Origin: Spongospora subterranea f. sp. subterranea
Taxonomy: Eukaryota
DNA: 40,945 nucleotides
Reading direction: 5' to 3'
Assembly: GCA_049724395.1 (NCBI GenBank)
Contig: JAUGWO010000009.1
Location: 186,001 to 226,945, forward strand
The notes beneath the pieces were generated by a model that did no database searches, was not told the DNA's origin, and saw only the letters and a list, made by a program, of their open reading frames with translations. A program made the translations under genes and the position numbers. Of this stretch, positions 11,543-21,486 are shown piece by piece (positions within the stretch are counted from its first letter, which is position 1; the number at the start of each line of letters is the position of its first letter).

Positions 11543-11677
11543 TCCCCGGTTACACGCTATAGGGCGTTCGTCGGCTACGGCGGAGGATCCAGGGGACGGC
11601 TCTTGACGACCCTCGTTTACACGACTGGGCGTCGGCTGCCAATCCCGGAGGGGGTCTGGGCACCCTCGATTACACGA
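11543..11677. repeat. Three degenerate 53-64 bp repeat units with the core CC(C/T)CGxTTACACG
   Basis: Cores ccccggttacacg, ccctcgtttacacg and ccctcgattacacg. The first two are followed by gggcg(ttcg)tcggct. Confidence 0.6.
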
Positions 11678-11699
11678 AGTGACGACGGAGAGATCAATA

Positions 11700-11818
11700 C
11701 GAGGGCCCACGACAACTCTCGACGACGAAAGCTAGTCTCCATCTGAGCAAAAAGGGTGCCAACTGACCGAATCCACTCGTCGATGAATTTCGTCGTCGAG
11801 AGTTGTCGTGGACCCTCC
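11700..11818. mobile_element. Tc1/mariner-type MITE, 119 bp
   Basis: 31-bp TIRs (11700-11730 and 11788-11818, 2 mismatches) begin CGAGGG and are flanked by TA on both sides (11698-11699, 11819-11820). Confidence 0.75.
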
Positions 11819-12588
11819 TATTCGATGTCATTTTTGTTTGTCGTCGAATTGCCACCGTTTCGTACGTTGTTCTGTGGAGTTGAAAACCAGGTACAGTATC
11901 GCCATCATTCAGAACCCAAGACAGTGACTGAAGGGAACTGTTCGAAATTTTCAATGACAATTCTGGACAATCATTCTGTGAAAACAGGGGCGTCTATGAT
12001 CGTCACCGTATGTGGTCCACGTCCGAAACCGCAAACCTATTTTTGCAACACAAGGGAGAAGGGGTTAAAAAATATTCAAGAGTACGAACGTGTCGGCCGT
12101 TCTCAATAAAACCCCATATTTAGTCATCGCGGTTAGAAATGGACTCTATCCGATAATTAGCAAAGCGAATCGGTTATGGGGGATTAGGTCGGTCGATTTG
12201 TTAATGTCAGCGATACCAGTTGATGGTGAATAGCGATTTATGGACTGGGCAGCGTTCCAAGTGTGGAACACGATGAATTCAAGCACCTGGGTTTGGGACA
12301 GCTCTTAAATAAAACAACATCAGGGTTCGTGAATAAATAAGCTTAGAGTCGAGATTCCTTAAACAGGTCGAAACTCAAATTTGCTGCTCCGAGTATAGGA
12401 GAGGTTGTTGAGATTACGGTCACGTTGGGGCTTTCTCGAATTATAACAGCGGGTCGATTCTACAAAGTAAACCCAGGTGTCTTAAGATAGACAAAAAAAC
12501 GAATTGAATGCGCAATAATAACTGCAATGTGCCAAACCACAAACAAACGTAATTGGGCTTCAGACGCCCTTTGATTTTCTAAAAAACA

Positions 12589-12659
12589 TGCGCCATCCGA
12601 GAATCGAACTCGGACCAACTCGTTGGCAACGAGCTATTGTACCATTCAACCAATGGCGC
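12589..12659 (-). tRNA. tRNA-Gly(GCC)
   Basis: 71-nt cloverleaf: acceptor stem GCGCCAT/ATGGCGC plus A discriminator, anticodon arm CTCGT-TGCCA-ACGAG, T-arm GTTCGATTC. A Pol III T6 terminator follows (aaaaaa at 12581-12586). Confidence 0.95.
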
Positions 12660-13049
12660 TTTTTAGATGTTTGTTGCATCAAATTCGATATCAAGTCGAA
12701 TTGGAGGAATCACTGAACCATGTCTCAATTCATGTGTCATCGACCCATCATCGATCACTTCTATATTCCAATCATTTCCTATTGCTTTCGCTGAGAGATT
12801 AAGAGTTCCATTTCGAATCAAAACTAATAAATTTTCTTTTCGATCAGGATGACGAATCAGAAAATGAATTGCACATAGATCTAATCTCCTACGTTTGATG
12901 CCACACGTGTTGAGATTGTGGTACAAGCTGATGAGCTTGTCTCGGTACGATTCTCATTGATTTCGTGGGCGCCTTTTTCATGTGTAGGAGATGTATTTGA
13001 TGCTTTAGATTCTGTGATTTCGTCGTGGACTTCCTTCAGAAGGTACCAA

Positions 13050-14100
13050 CATTCTCGTGTGCGTTTGTAGATTGCAAGACTTGTCTGCACTAAACCTCTT
13101 GTTGGGCGCATGCATATCTGAGCTGTAGCTAGCTTATCGTTTCGAATTCGTGATGGAGTTCTTCGCTTTGTAAATAACATCGATAGGTTTCAAACCATAA
13201 TCGTGAACTGCGTTTGCCACGTCTGATCTGCATTGAAGGCGTGAAATCACACTGAAAAGGGCCCTCGATCACGCTCGGATTCGAGCCCACCAATTGGAAT
13301 AACCACCATCGTGGCTTATCAAATGATGAAATTCGCAAAGAGAGCTTCGCTGAGCCCTGTATGAAACATCTTTCCAATAGTCACCAGCGTGATTCGTGCG
13401 ACGCGTTGCAGATTAAACGCATTTGTCGGGCGAACAGGGCCAACTCCAACGGTGCTGTGCAGTTGAGTTCCAGGAGACCCTACTCCAACAATGAAATGGT
13501 GGATTCGAAATATTAAATATGGCTAGTCGATCACGCATGGGGCAAGAACGGGCGCTGGTGCTGTGAATATTGAGGATATTGTTGTGTGAATACACTGTCA
13601 TTCGCCGTCCGGATCACCGTCGAGGGACTTCTTCAACAGCTTCTGCTTCAGTTGTTCCAGAGAGCGCATGTCCTTTTCGGTTCCTCCACCCATGAGCATT
13701 GCCATCAGCATTTATGGTCGCGCAGCAAGCTATGCTTTTCGGTCTGAGTACAAAAAGTGTTAGCAAAAGTGATGAAACAGTGGTGAACCACAATCTCTTT
13801 GCAGGATAATGTTGTGCTAGCCTGTGCTTTAGCGATATCCAAACCGCTACGTTGGCATATGTTGCCCTTCGACTTTGCCAGTTTGACTTGACTTTCGTTA
13901 GTTCGCAGGGATCATTGCCATGATCATCGTCCCTGAGGTCGACTGAAATGCGGCGTTTGGGTGGTGTTTGCTTACATATATGGAGAGTTTGCCATTTTAG
14001 ATTCGACGTAAAACATTAACACAGCCGGAAAAAGCAAGATATCTCCAACTGCGACCTTGCACATCGGCTCGGCGTCGGCAATTCGGTCTTCATCAATAAC
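13050..14100 (-). mobile_element. Degenerate hAT-like transposase remnant
   Basis: Fragments in hAT order: VGDIL; YPAKRLWFTTVSSLLLTLFVLRP (TRW-like); VVIPIGGLESER..PFS; TKRRTPSRIRNDKLATAQI. Heavily decayed. Confidence 0.3.
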
Positions 14101-14457
14101 TAGTCCAGCAAACTTCTGTTCGGCTGCTTGAACCTTCCCAGAATATCACAGATTTCTGCTCATTGCCCTTGATCGGGTTTTCTAACATCAAACACCAGAC
14201 ACGGCAAAGGTGGACGTTCTCTAAACACATCGAACCTTTGCCTTTTTCCATCAGATCACTGCGAAGATTGTGAACCATTTATACAATCGTTCACCACCCG
14301 TCGCTCTAAATCTCTCAATAATAGATTTAGCGTGGCAAATTTAGCGTTTTTGCGCCCACACCTGTGCGTCGCTATTCGCTAAATCTAACGTCGACGCTAG
14401 ATTTAGCGCTAGAGTCAGATCTGACGGACATTGGTTTCACGGCATCGTCCACTGAAA

Positions 14458-15060
14458 ATGAACATTTTAACGGATCTTTATGCGGACGACGACGTTGACC
14501 TGGCATTATGTTTATATTTGCAGGCCGAGTGTCGCCGGCTTGAGCGAATGGAGGCGGATGCAATTGTTCCTCGGGGCGGATCGCGTTCCAAAAAGCGTGC
14601 GAACGTGAGTCGCAAACGCGAGGTTCTGCAACCGTCTTTTGGCCCAAGATTACTGGGGCCCGTCGCCCTTATACGACAGCACTATGTTTAGAAACCGTTT
14701 CAAAATGCCCATTGACCTTTTTGACAAAATTTTGAATGGCATCACCCAGCACAACGAGTATTTTCGTTAGAAGATGGACGCGGCTGGTGTTCTCGGCGCA
14801 ACTCCACTTCAACACGTAGCTGCTGCTGTTCAAATTCTCACGTCGGGTGTTGCCGCGCAGGATCCACGATCCTGGAGTCACTCAAACAGTTTTGCTCATC
14901 ACTGACGGAAATATACGATGAAACGGCGCTGAGATATCCAAACCAACAGGATCTTCATCGTCTGTTGGATGAAAGCCTGCAGGCTGGATTTCCCGGAAGC
15001 ATCGGGTCGATAAACTGCATGCACTGGAAGTGGAAGAACTGCCCTTCCAGCTAAAGGCAT
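14458..15060 (+). pseudogene. Harbinger (Plant_tran-like) transposase, N-terminal half
   Basis: Fragments: RGGSRSKKRANVSRKR; QDYWGPSPLYDSTMFRNRFKMPIDLFDKI; DAAGVLGATPLQ; GFPGSIGSINCMHWKWKNCP. Frameshifted and truncated at ~15060. Confidence 0.8.
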
Positions 15061-15263
15061 CAAGAAAGCTGCCAAAAAAGCCTAATTCAACACACAGCAG
15101 CAATCACTGACAGTGTCCAACGATGATGCAATGTTGCTCGAACAGCCCAGGCTGCGGAAGAAACAATCGCGAACAATGCGTTACGTCTCGATTTCTTCAA
15201 ACAGTATCCCGAAGGCAATAAGTCGAAGACTTCAAGCTACAGGCGCTACGAATGCTGCAGAGA
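15061..15263 (+). repeat. Inverted copy of 15462-15676 (3' part of the Harbinger Myb-like gene)
   Basis: Reverse-complement match. The ORF track shows SNDDAMLL on both strands (15113+ and 15624-). Confidence 0.92.
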
Positions 15264-15291
15264 CGAGTATCCATGATTTGTTTGAACGACC

Positions 15292-16217
15292 TCATTTCTT
15301 TACCGACGGCCGAGACCAAAAATGTGCCGGTTGCTGAAGGCGAGCGGTGGCCGCTGCTGGAAACCACCTACTTCTGTTGGTTCTGATGGTAAGTCGCCTT
15401 GCGACATCGACGGGTGCACCGTCTAGAGGCAGGGCAGAATCTTCATCGATTTCGCCCTGAATCTCCTGCAGCATACGTAGCGCCTGTAGCTTGAAGTAAG
15501 TCTTCGACTCATTGCTTTCGGGATACTGTTTGAAGAATTCGAGACGTAACGCATTGTTCGCGATTGCGTTCTTGATTTCCGCAGCCTGGGCTATTCGAAG
15601 CAACATTGCATCATCGTTGGACACTGTCGGTGATTGCTGCTGTGTGTTGGATTAGGCTTTTTTGGCAGCTTTCTTGCCGATACTGGGCCGTTCGGCATGT
15701 ATTATTATTTACTGGATCCGTTCCTGGTTCCATATTTTCAACACAGTCGAGACCTATTGTGGCCTTGACCCGCATATTGACCTGGTGGATTGGTTCAGCG
15801 AACTTTGGTAAACGACTGATAATGTCATACACCATAAGGTGTTTGAATCTTTTCTTATTAGAGGACTCTGTTGAATACAAAGGGCTTCTTCGATATAGTC
15901 GGCGTATCGCCAACCACTGTGATATTCCCGAAGCGATGCAGTCAGATGGCCAATCCACTTCGCGACCTCCTTGTTGACGGTGGTTATTCCATCGGTTGGA
16001 AAGAGAAATGGCCGTTCGGGCGACAGTTGTTGGCAGTATTAAGACCCATATATGAAATCCGGATCTTATCCCAGAACGTGTCGCCGCTCTGATCGGTACC
16101 GACGGCTGCGCACGTCGTCTCTTTGACCAAAGCTTTCGGGGAGGCCACATCTTCGTCCTCATTAAAATTCGGCTGGCCGGCTAGCCGACCAGTTTTCGGT
16201 GCAGGGGACGACAACAT
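15292..16217 (-). pseudogene. Harbinger accessory Myb/SANT-like, NAM-associated protein
   Basis: Fragments: NFNEDEDV..VGTDQSGDTFWDKI; RTAISLSNRWN; FKHLMVYDIISRLPKF; RPSIGKKAAK; YFKLQALRML. Several frameshifts. Confidence 0.8.
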
Positions 16218-16322
16218 TACGAAAGAATTTAGAATTCAGAGTTCTACATAGCGGATACCCTCAACCGGTGTGGATCGCTGTCGACTCAGGTTTAAGGCAA
16301 CACATCATCCGGCAGATAAATT

Positions 16323-16393
16323 GCGCCATTGGTTGAATGGTACAATAGCTCGTTGCCAACGAGTTGGTCCGAGTTCGATTCTCGGATGGCGCA
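16323..16393 (+). tRNA. tRNA-Gly(GCC)
   Basis: Identical to the reverse complement of 12589-12659. T6 terminator at 16402-16407. Confidence 0.95.
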
Positions 16394-17530
16394 AAGTAGG
16401 ATTTTTTCGCGATTCCGATTCGGCAGATCCCGGTCAGTGGTTGCGTTGAGAGCGTTGAGGTTACAAAAACCGTATTTATACGACCGCAATATGTAAATAC
16501 GCGGAAAACCATGAAATTAGACGAAATTTTTTCCCATGGACTGGAGGCCTGATTTTTTTTTCGTATCCGCAATACGACGCAATGCTGCCTGTTTTGCCTC
16601 CTGCTTCTGAAACTCGCAAATGACGTACACAACTACACGCAGATCAGAAATACTTCCTACAGTACTCGGGCAACTGTGAGAAAACGGCTCGAACCGCCAC
16701 ACGGTATCCTCAGTATTACAGACAACCGGCAGTCCTCCGATCCACGCGCTCTGTCTCCAGCCAACTCCACCGTTTACTTTGCCCAAAGTTCAATTCTACG
16801 ATGATTGTTCGGTTATTTTGGACTCTGACATGTTTTATCCCTACAGCCACAGTTCATCAGAACCAATCGATTCTCGAAATTGTACTAACAAAGATGCCCA
16901 ATCTTTTTCGTTCGCAATATATGATTCGACATTAAACCAGCACTTGCTTGGTTGAATTAACACATAGAACAGCTCAAAATTTATTTTAGTAATTATCGTT
17001 GACATCATCGGTGGCGTCGTTTTCAACTTTCGGTCTGTTTGCTGACAGAAAGCCGTCCAGGTCGTCTTCCTCGGGCTTGGGCTGGTATCGGGGATCTCAC
17101 TATCTCTGATGCAACAAATGCGTTTCTTTCGACACCGTTGCCAATAAATTTTGATTTAAACGAAGCATTTTGCATTAGCTTTTGATAGAAATTTTGGTAC
17201 AACTGTCGCCATCCGTCTGCAGGTCTTGTGAAATTTTGGATCACCTCCTGGAGCCTTTGCCAAGTGGCTTGGCAATTGCCGAACATCCCGCAATCATCGA
17301 CCCAGTATACAAGCACTCCAAGTTCCATTCTTTGGGGTCGCGAGGCGGAGCGAGAAAGGAAAGTAATATTCGAATTCATTGGGCACCTGTTCAAGCACCT
17401 TCCTTGATCAGCGAGTTTCGACAATCTCAAAACAGTACGTGATATATTGACATGATTTAATACACACAGCCCCGCCACAATCGATTATAGGGCGGTTGGA
17501 TCAACAGACGACTCCTTATAACAATCGAGA

Positions 17531-18205
17531 TCATATTAGATAATTAGAGGCTCGGCCATGACGGTGATGACCACCCTTGATCGACCCGACTTTACTGTTC
17601 CCCAATCGATCATATTTCCCATTGGACTGTCGGGCACCCGCCGTTTTCACCCGATTCAGTTTCCGTTTCGCCACCGAAGCTTTCTCCCGTGCCAAACTCG
17701 CCTTGGCCTCGTCCAGATCCTTCTTCTGTTCGGCCTTATCGTGCGACGCTCGCGTCTTGTCCCGTCCCCGTTCGCGTTTTGTCAGCGCCGCGTTGCGCCA
17801 TCGCCGCTCTTCGTCCAGAACGTCCTTCTTGAAGATCTTCACCCGTTTCTTCCTGGTCAGTCCACTGTTCTCGACCGACGCCATGTCTTTGGCGAACTGT
17901 TTATCGCGCTGCAATCGATCCCGCTCGGCCAACGCTTTCTCGGCCAGGGCTCGGCGGCGGTTCAGAGACTTCAGCCTATTCTTGGCGGCAGCATCGGCAA
18001 ACTCCAGGTTGCTGGCAGCGTCGTGCGCGTTCGCCAGTGATTTCCGCCCCGATTTGGCCTGATTCCCAGCGATGTTCTGCCCGGCTGCCGTAGCGCCATG
18101 GGCGTGGCCCTTGGCGCCGCCGGCGCTCCTTCCATAGAACGTCGCTGTGGCGGTTTGGCACAGGACCAGCAGCGCTAACACGGCGACCAGATCCTGTTGA
18201 CGCAT
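17531..18205 (-). CDS. Secreted basic Ala/Lys/Arg-rich coiled-coil protein (224 aa)
   Basis: ATG at 18205 gives the signal peptide MRQQDLVAVLALLVLCQTATA. Intact single-exon ORF with GC-rich coding-like composition. Confidence 0.8.
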   Translation of the reverse strand: MRQQDLVAVLALLVLCQTATATFYGRSAGGAKGHAHGATAAGQNIAGNQAKSGRKSLANAHDAASNLEFADAAAKNRLKSLNRRRALAEKALAERDRLQRDKQFAKDMASVENSGLTRKKRVKIFKKDVLDEERRWRNAALTKRERGRDKTRASHDKAEQKKDLDEAKASLAREKASVAKRKLNRVKTAGARQSNGKYDRLGNSKVGSIKGGHHRHGRASNYLI

Positions 18206-18386
18206 TCGAGATGGGGAAGGGATCAGGGGCCAGAGATATCGGGATCGACAACGACTATCGTCCACAAACTAATTTATCGGACTCGGAATTCCGCTCCGAA
18301 TCGCTGGCGGGGGCCATAAATCTGGTCGGAACGCGGCCGATGGCTCCGATTTACGATCACAATCGTATTGGTGGATGTCGCTGACC

Positions 18387-21354
18387 ATGAAGTTCGGTAT
18401 TGCCGTCGCCACCATCGTCCTCGTTATCGCATTGACATCCGCCGGCCAACCCATAGCCGGTATTGCGCCCATCGCCCTTCCCCTTGAGATTACCTGTTGA
18501 TTTACCTTGTGTGAGCAGATGGATCGGCCAGTTCGGTATCGACCTCTCGTCTCTATTATTCTCGCGATTCCATCACCCCAACTCGCCATCACCGATCGGA
18601 AGTCGTGAAATCGTCTGGGCCAATTGTTGTTGAGGGTCCGATCCCGGTAAAAAGCGGTCGCCGACGTCATGGGAAACGCTCCTCCCAGGGCGGATCGCAA
18701 AAGTTCGTCCACATCTCCGTTCCGAAATCTGATTCATCTCTCCCAATTCCAACGCCGTCGATCTCCCCAGTTCGCCATCTGAAAGTTCGCCATCACCGCC
18801 GCGGGCTCCGACCGGAAAAGACGATTATCATCCCGGTTCAACATGTTGATTCGCCATCCGACCATGGGTCCATGGCGACAAGCGCCTCGGTCGTACACCC
18901 GCCAGATTGGGGGACCGCCCCGTCCACGACGTCGAGTCTGGAGATATCTGTTCAGGAAGGATCATCGTCTGAATCGCGTACGAGCTATCAGGGATCGTAT
19001 CCCGAACCGCCACAATCGCCTGATATTGTCACATCAGCGGTGAGCGATTCTGTTCGCCCATGGTCGTCATCAGTTGGGTCCAGATCATCGGTTGGCGCTA
19101 CCGATTCTGATCGATCCAGTTCAGGGTCTGTTTCGACGCCGTCGTCGGCCAGTTCTCCTTCATCGGATTCACAGCCATCGTCGGTCACCTATCCTTCGCT
19201 AACGCCATCCACCGTGATGTCGCCATCACCTCCCGACAATATCGCCCTGTCCCGATCTACAATCGTCTACCCGGTATCCACATCAGCCGTCCCGACCCCA
19301 TCCCATCTGCCATATCCCTCCTCCATCTCAACAGATACCCCCTCGCCATCTTCTCCCCGATCATCCTCAATCGTTATCCCATCCCATTCCCGTTCATCCT
19401 TCCCCTCCTCCCCGATTCCTGTCCCATCTCATCATGGACCAGTCCTCTACCCGTCTTCCCAACCCGTTGACTCCTCCTTCTCAACCATCACCTATCCGTC
19501 TTCTACCGATGGAGGTGGCGATACCTATTCATCACCGGTCCATCATGGCCCATCTCATAGCCGCACTTATATCTCTCATCAACCATCGTCCGATCGACTA
19601 TCGCCATCGCCAGTTGACACCACCTCCACTGATGGCGGTGAGCGCCATCAACCTCATCCTCATGTTCCATCGACCAGTGGCGGCGGTCCATCAGTGTCGT
19701 CGGGCTGCAAATCCCCAAAACGCCATCGGAAAGTCACGTCGATTATCATAACCATTCCTGGTGGGAGGTCGGATGATGTGCCATCTCCCGTAGCGCCATC
19801 TGAGTCCTCGACCAGGACCATGGTCGACTATAGAAGCATCACCATCATCTGGTGAGGCTGTTATAGCTCAATCACAGGGTCCAATATCGGCAACTTCGGC
19901 ATCGTCAGATAACGGTGTGGTTCAACAATCGTCACCGGATATTGTTCACCAATATCATGGTCATGTTCCTCAACCTGATTCATCCTCTACCACCGTTCAA
20001 GCCCATCATCTACCTCAGCCCGGTTCATCCGCTACCAGCCATCATATTCCCCCAACAGACTCATCCTCTACCATTGTTCATAGCCATCATGTTCCTCAAC
20101 CTGGTTCATCCTCTACCATGGTGCATAGTCACCATATTCCCCAGCCCGATTCCTCCTCTACCGTGATCTATGTTCCTCAACCCCAAGGCCCACCCAATCA
20201 TGTTTCCCCAACAGACTCATCCTCTACCATGGTTCATAGCCATCATATTCCCCCAACAGATTCCTCTTCTACCATGGTTCATAGCCATCATATTCCCCCA
20301 ACAGATTCCTCTTCTACCATGGTTCATAGCCATCATGTTCCTCAGCCCGATTCCTCCTCTACCGTGACCTATGTTCCTCAACCTCAAGGCCCACCCAATC
20401 ATACTCCCCCAACAGATTCCACCTCTACCATGGTTCAAGCCCATCCTATTCCTCAGACAGAATCCTCCTCTACCATGGTTCAAGCCCATCGTGTTCCTCA
20501 GCCCGATTCCTCCTCTACCCTGACCTATGTTCCTCAACCTCAAAGCCCACCCAATCATGTTCCCCCAATAGATTCCTCTTCTACCATGGTTCAAGCTCAT
20601 CATGTTCCCCAGCCCGGTTCCTCCTCTACCGTGACCTATGTTCCTCAACCTCATGGCCCACCCAATCATGTTCCCCCAACAGACTCATCCTCTACCATGG
20701 TATTTTCCCCTACAGATTCCTCCTCTAACACAATTCCTCAACCTCAATCTCCTCCCCGGAATGTTCCATCCACAGAATCCTCATCTACCATGACCTATGT
20801 TATAACCAACCAGATAATCCCACAATCTCACTCTCATTCCCAATCAGTGATTTCTCAATCCCCTCCTCAACCCACAGGGTTGATCGTATCATCAGGACAG
20901 TCTCAACCCTCATCTGGTGGTATCGCTGCTCCATCCTGCTCCTCAACCGATCGCCGCCCCATCTGCTCCTCAAACGATTGCTGCCCCATCTGCTCCTCAA
21001 CCGATCGCCGCCCCATCTGCTCCTCAACCGATCGCTGCCCCATCTGCTCCTCAACCGATTGCCGCCCCATCTGCTCCTCAACCGATGCCCCTTCCATATT
21101 CGACCAGCGATACAACCCCCACTGCTTTCACTCAACCAGGTCGAGTCATCCATTCACCAAATATTGCTCATAATCAATCGATCTTATCTGTGAATGGTTC
21201 AGGTGAAGGAGTGGCAAGCGTGCTCCCCCAACAGGTTCCAGATCAAGGAGTGTTTTCCCAACAGGTTCCAGATCCAAACTCCGATCTGTTTAACGGGATC
21301 TCAGATTACCCATTCTCAACTTTACTGCCCAACAATTGGTTTGCAGGTTATTAA
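18387..21354 (+). CDS. Secreted mucin-like Ser/Pro/His-rich repeat protein (1 intron, 2 apparent frameshifts)
   Basis: The signal exon MKFGIAVATIVLVIALTSAG splices through a GT-AG intron (18460-18518) in frame into ORF 18605. Frame changes near 19811 and 20936 link it to ORFs 19917 and 20917; stop at 21354. Confidence 0.7.
19960..21085 (+). repeat. Coding tandem repeats: 45-bp (DSSSTMVHSHHIPPT) units, longer variants and 27-bp (APQPIAAPS) units
   Basis: Directly visible recurring tcctctaccatggttca units and ccatctgctcctcaaccgat units. Confidence 0.9.
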
Positions 21355-21486
21355 TTCTCCCAATATATATATATCTGATCGTGTTCATTTTGAGAAAATA
21401 AAACGTGTATGAATAAACTGGCGCTAACACGCCAATGATTGCGGAAAACGGCCCGCGCCCCGAATTCCACGGCAACATATATATGA

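Larger units (their letters stand above)
14290..16280. mobile_element. PIF/Harbinger DNA transposon, internally deleted and rearranged
   Basis: Convergent transposase and Myb/NAM-associated genes. The left end has clustered AGATTTAGCG/CGCTAAATCT motifs. Termini approximate; TIR and TSD not resolved. Confidence 0.75.

Noticed and set aside
11543..11677. CRISPR-like array
   Set aside because: Only three short degenerate cores, spacers similar to each other, no cas genes, and a eukaryotic context.
12284..12479. 11-bp inverted repeat cacctgggttt/aaacccaggtg as MITE ends
   Set aside because: It does not extend inward and has no TSD; a match this short is expected by chance in 41 kb.
16517..17478. 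Minus-strand ORF chain (151, 61 and 89 aa) as a gene
   Set aside because: No recognisable motif or consistent splice model.
20903..21173. Cys-rich CSSTDRRPI repeat at the end of ORF 19917
   Set aside because: It is the out-of-frame reading of the APQPIAAPS repeat after a 1-nt insertion.
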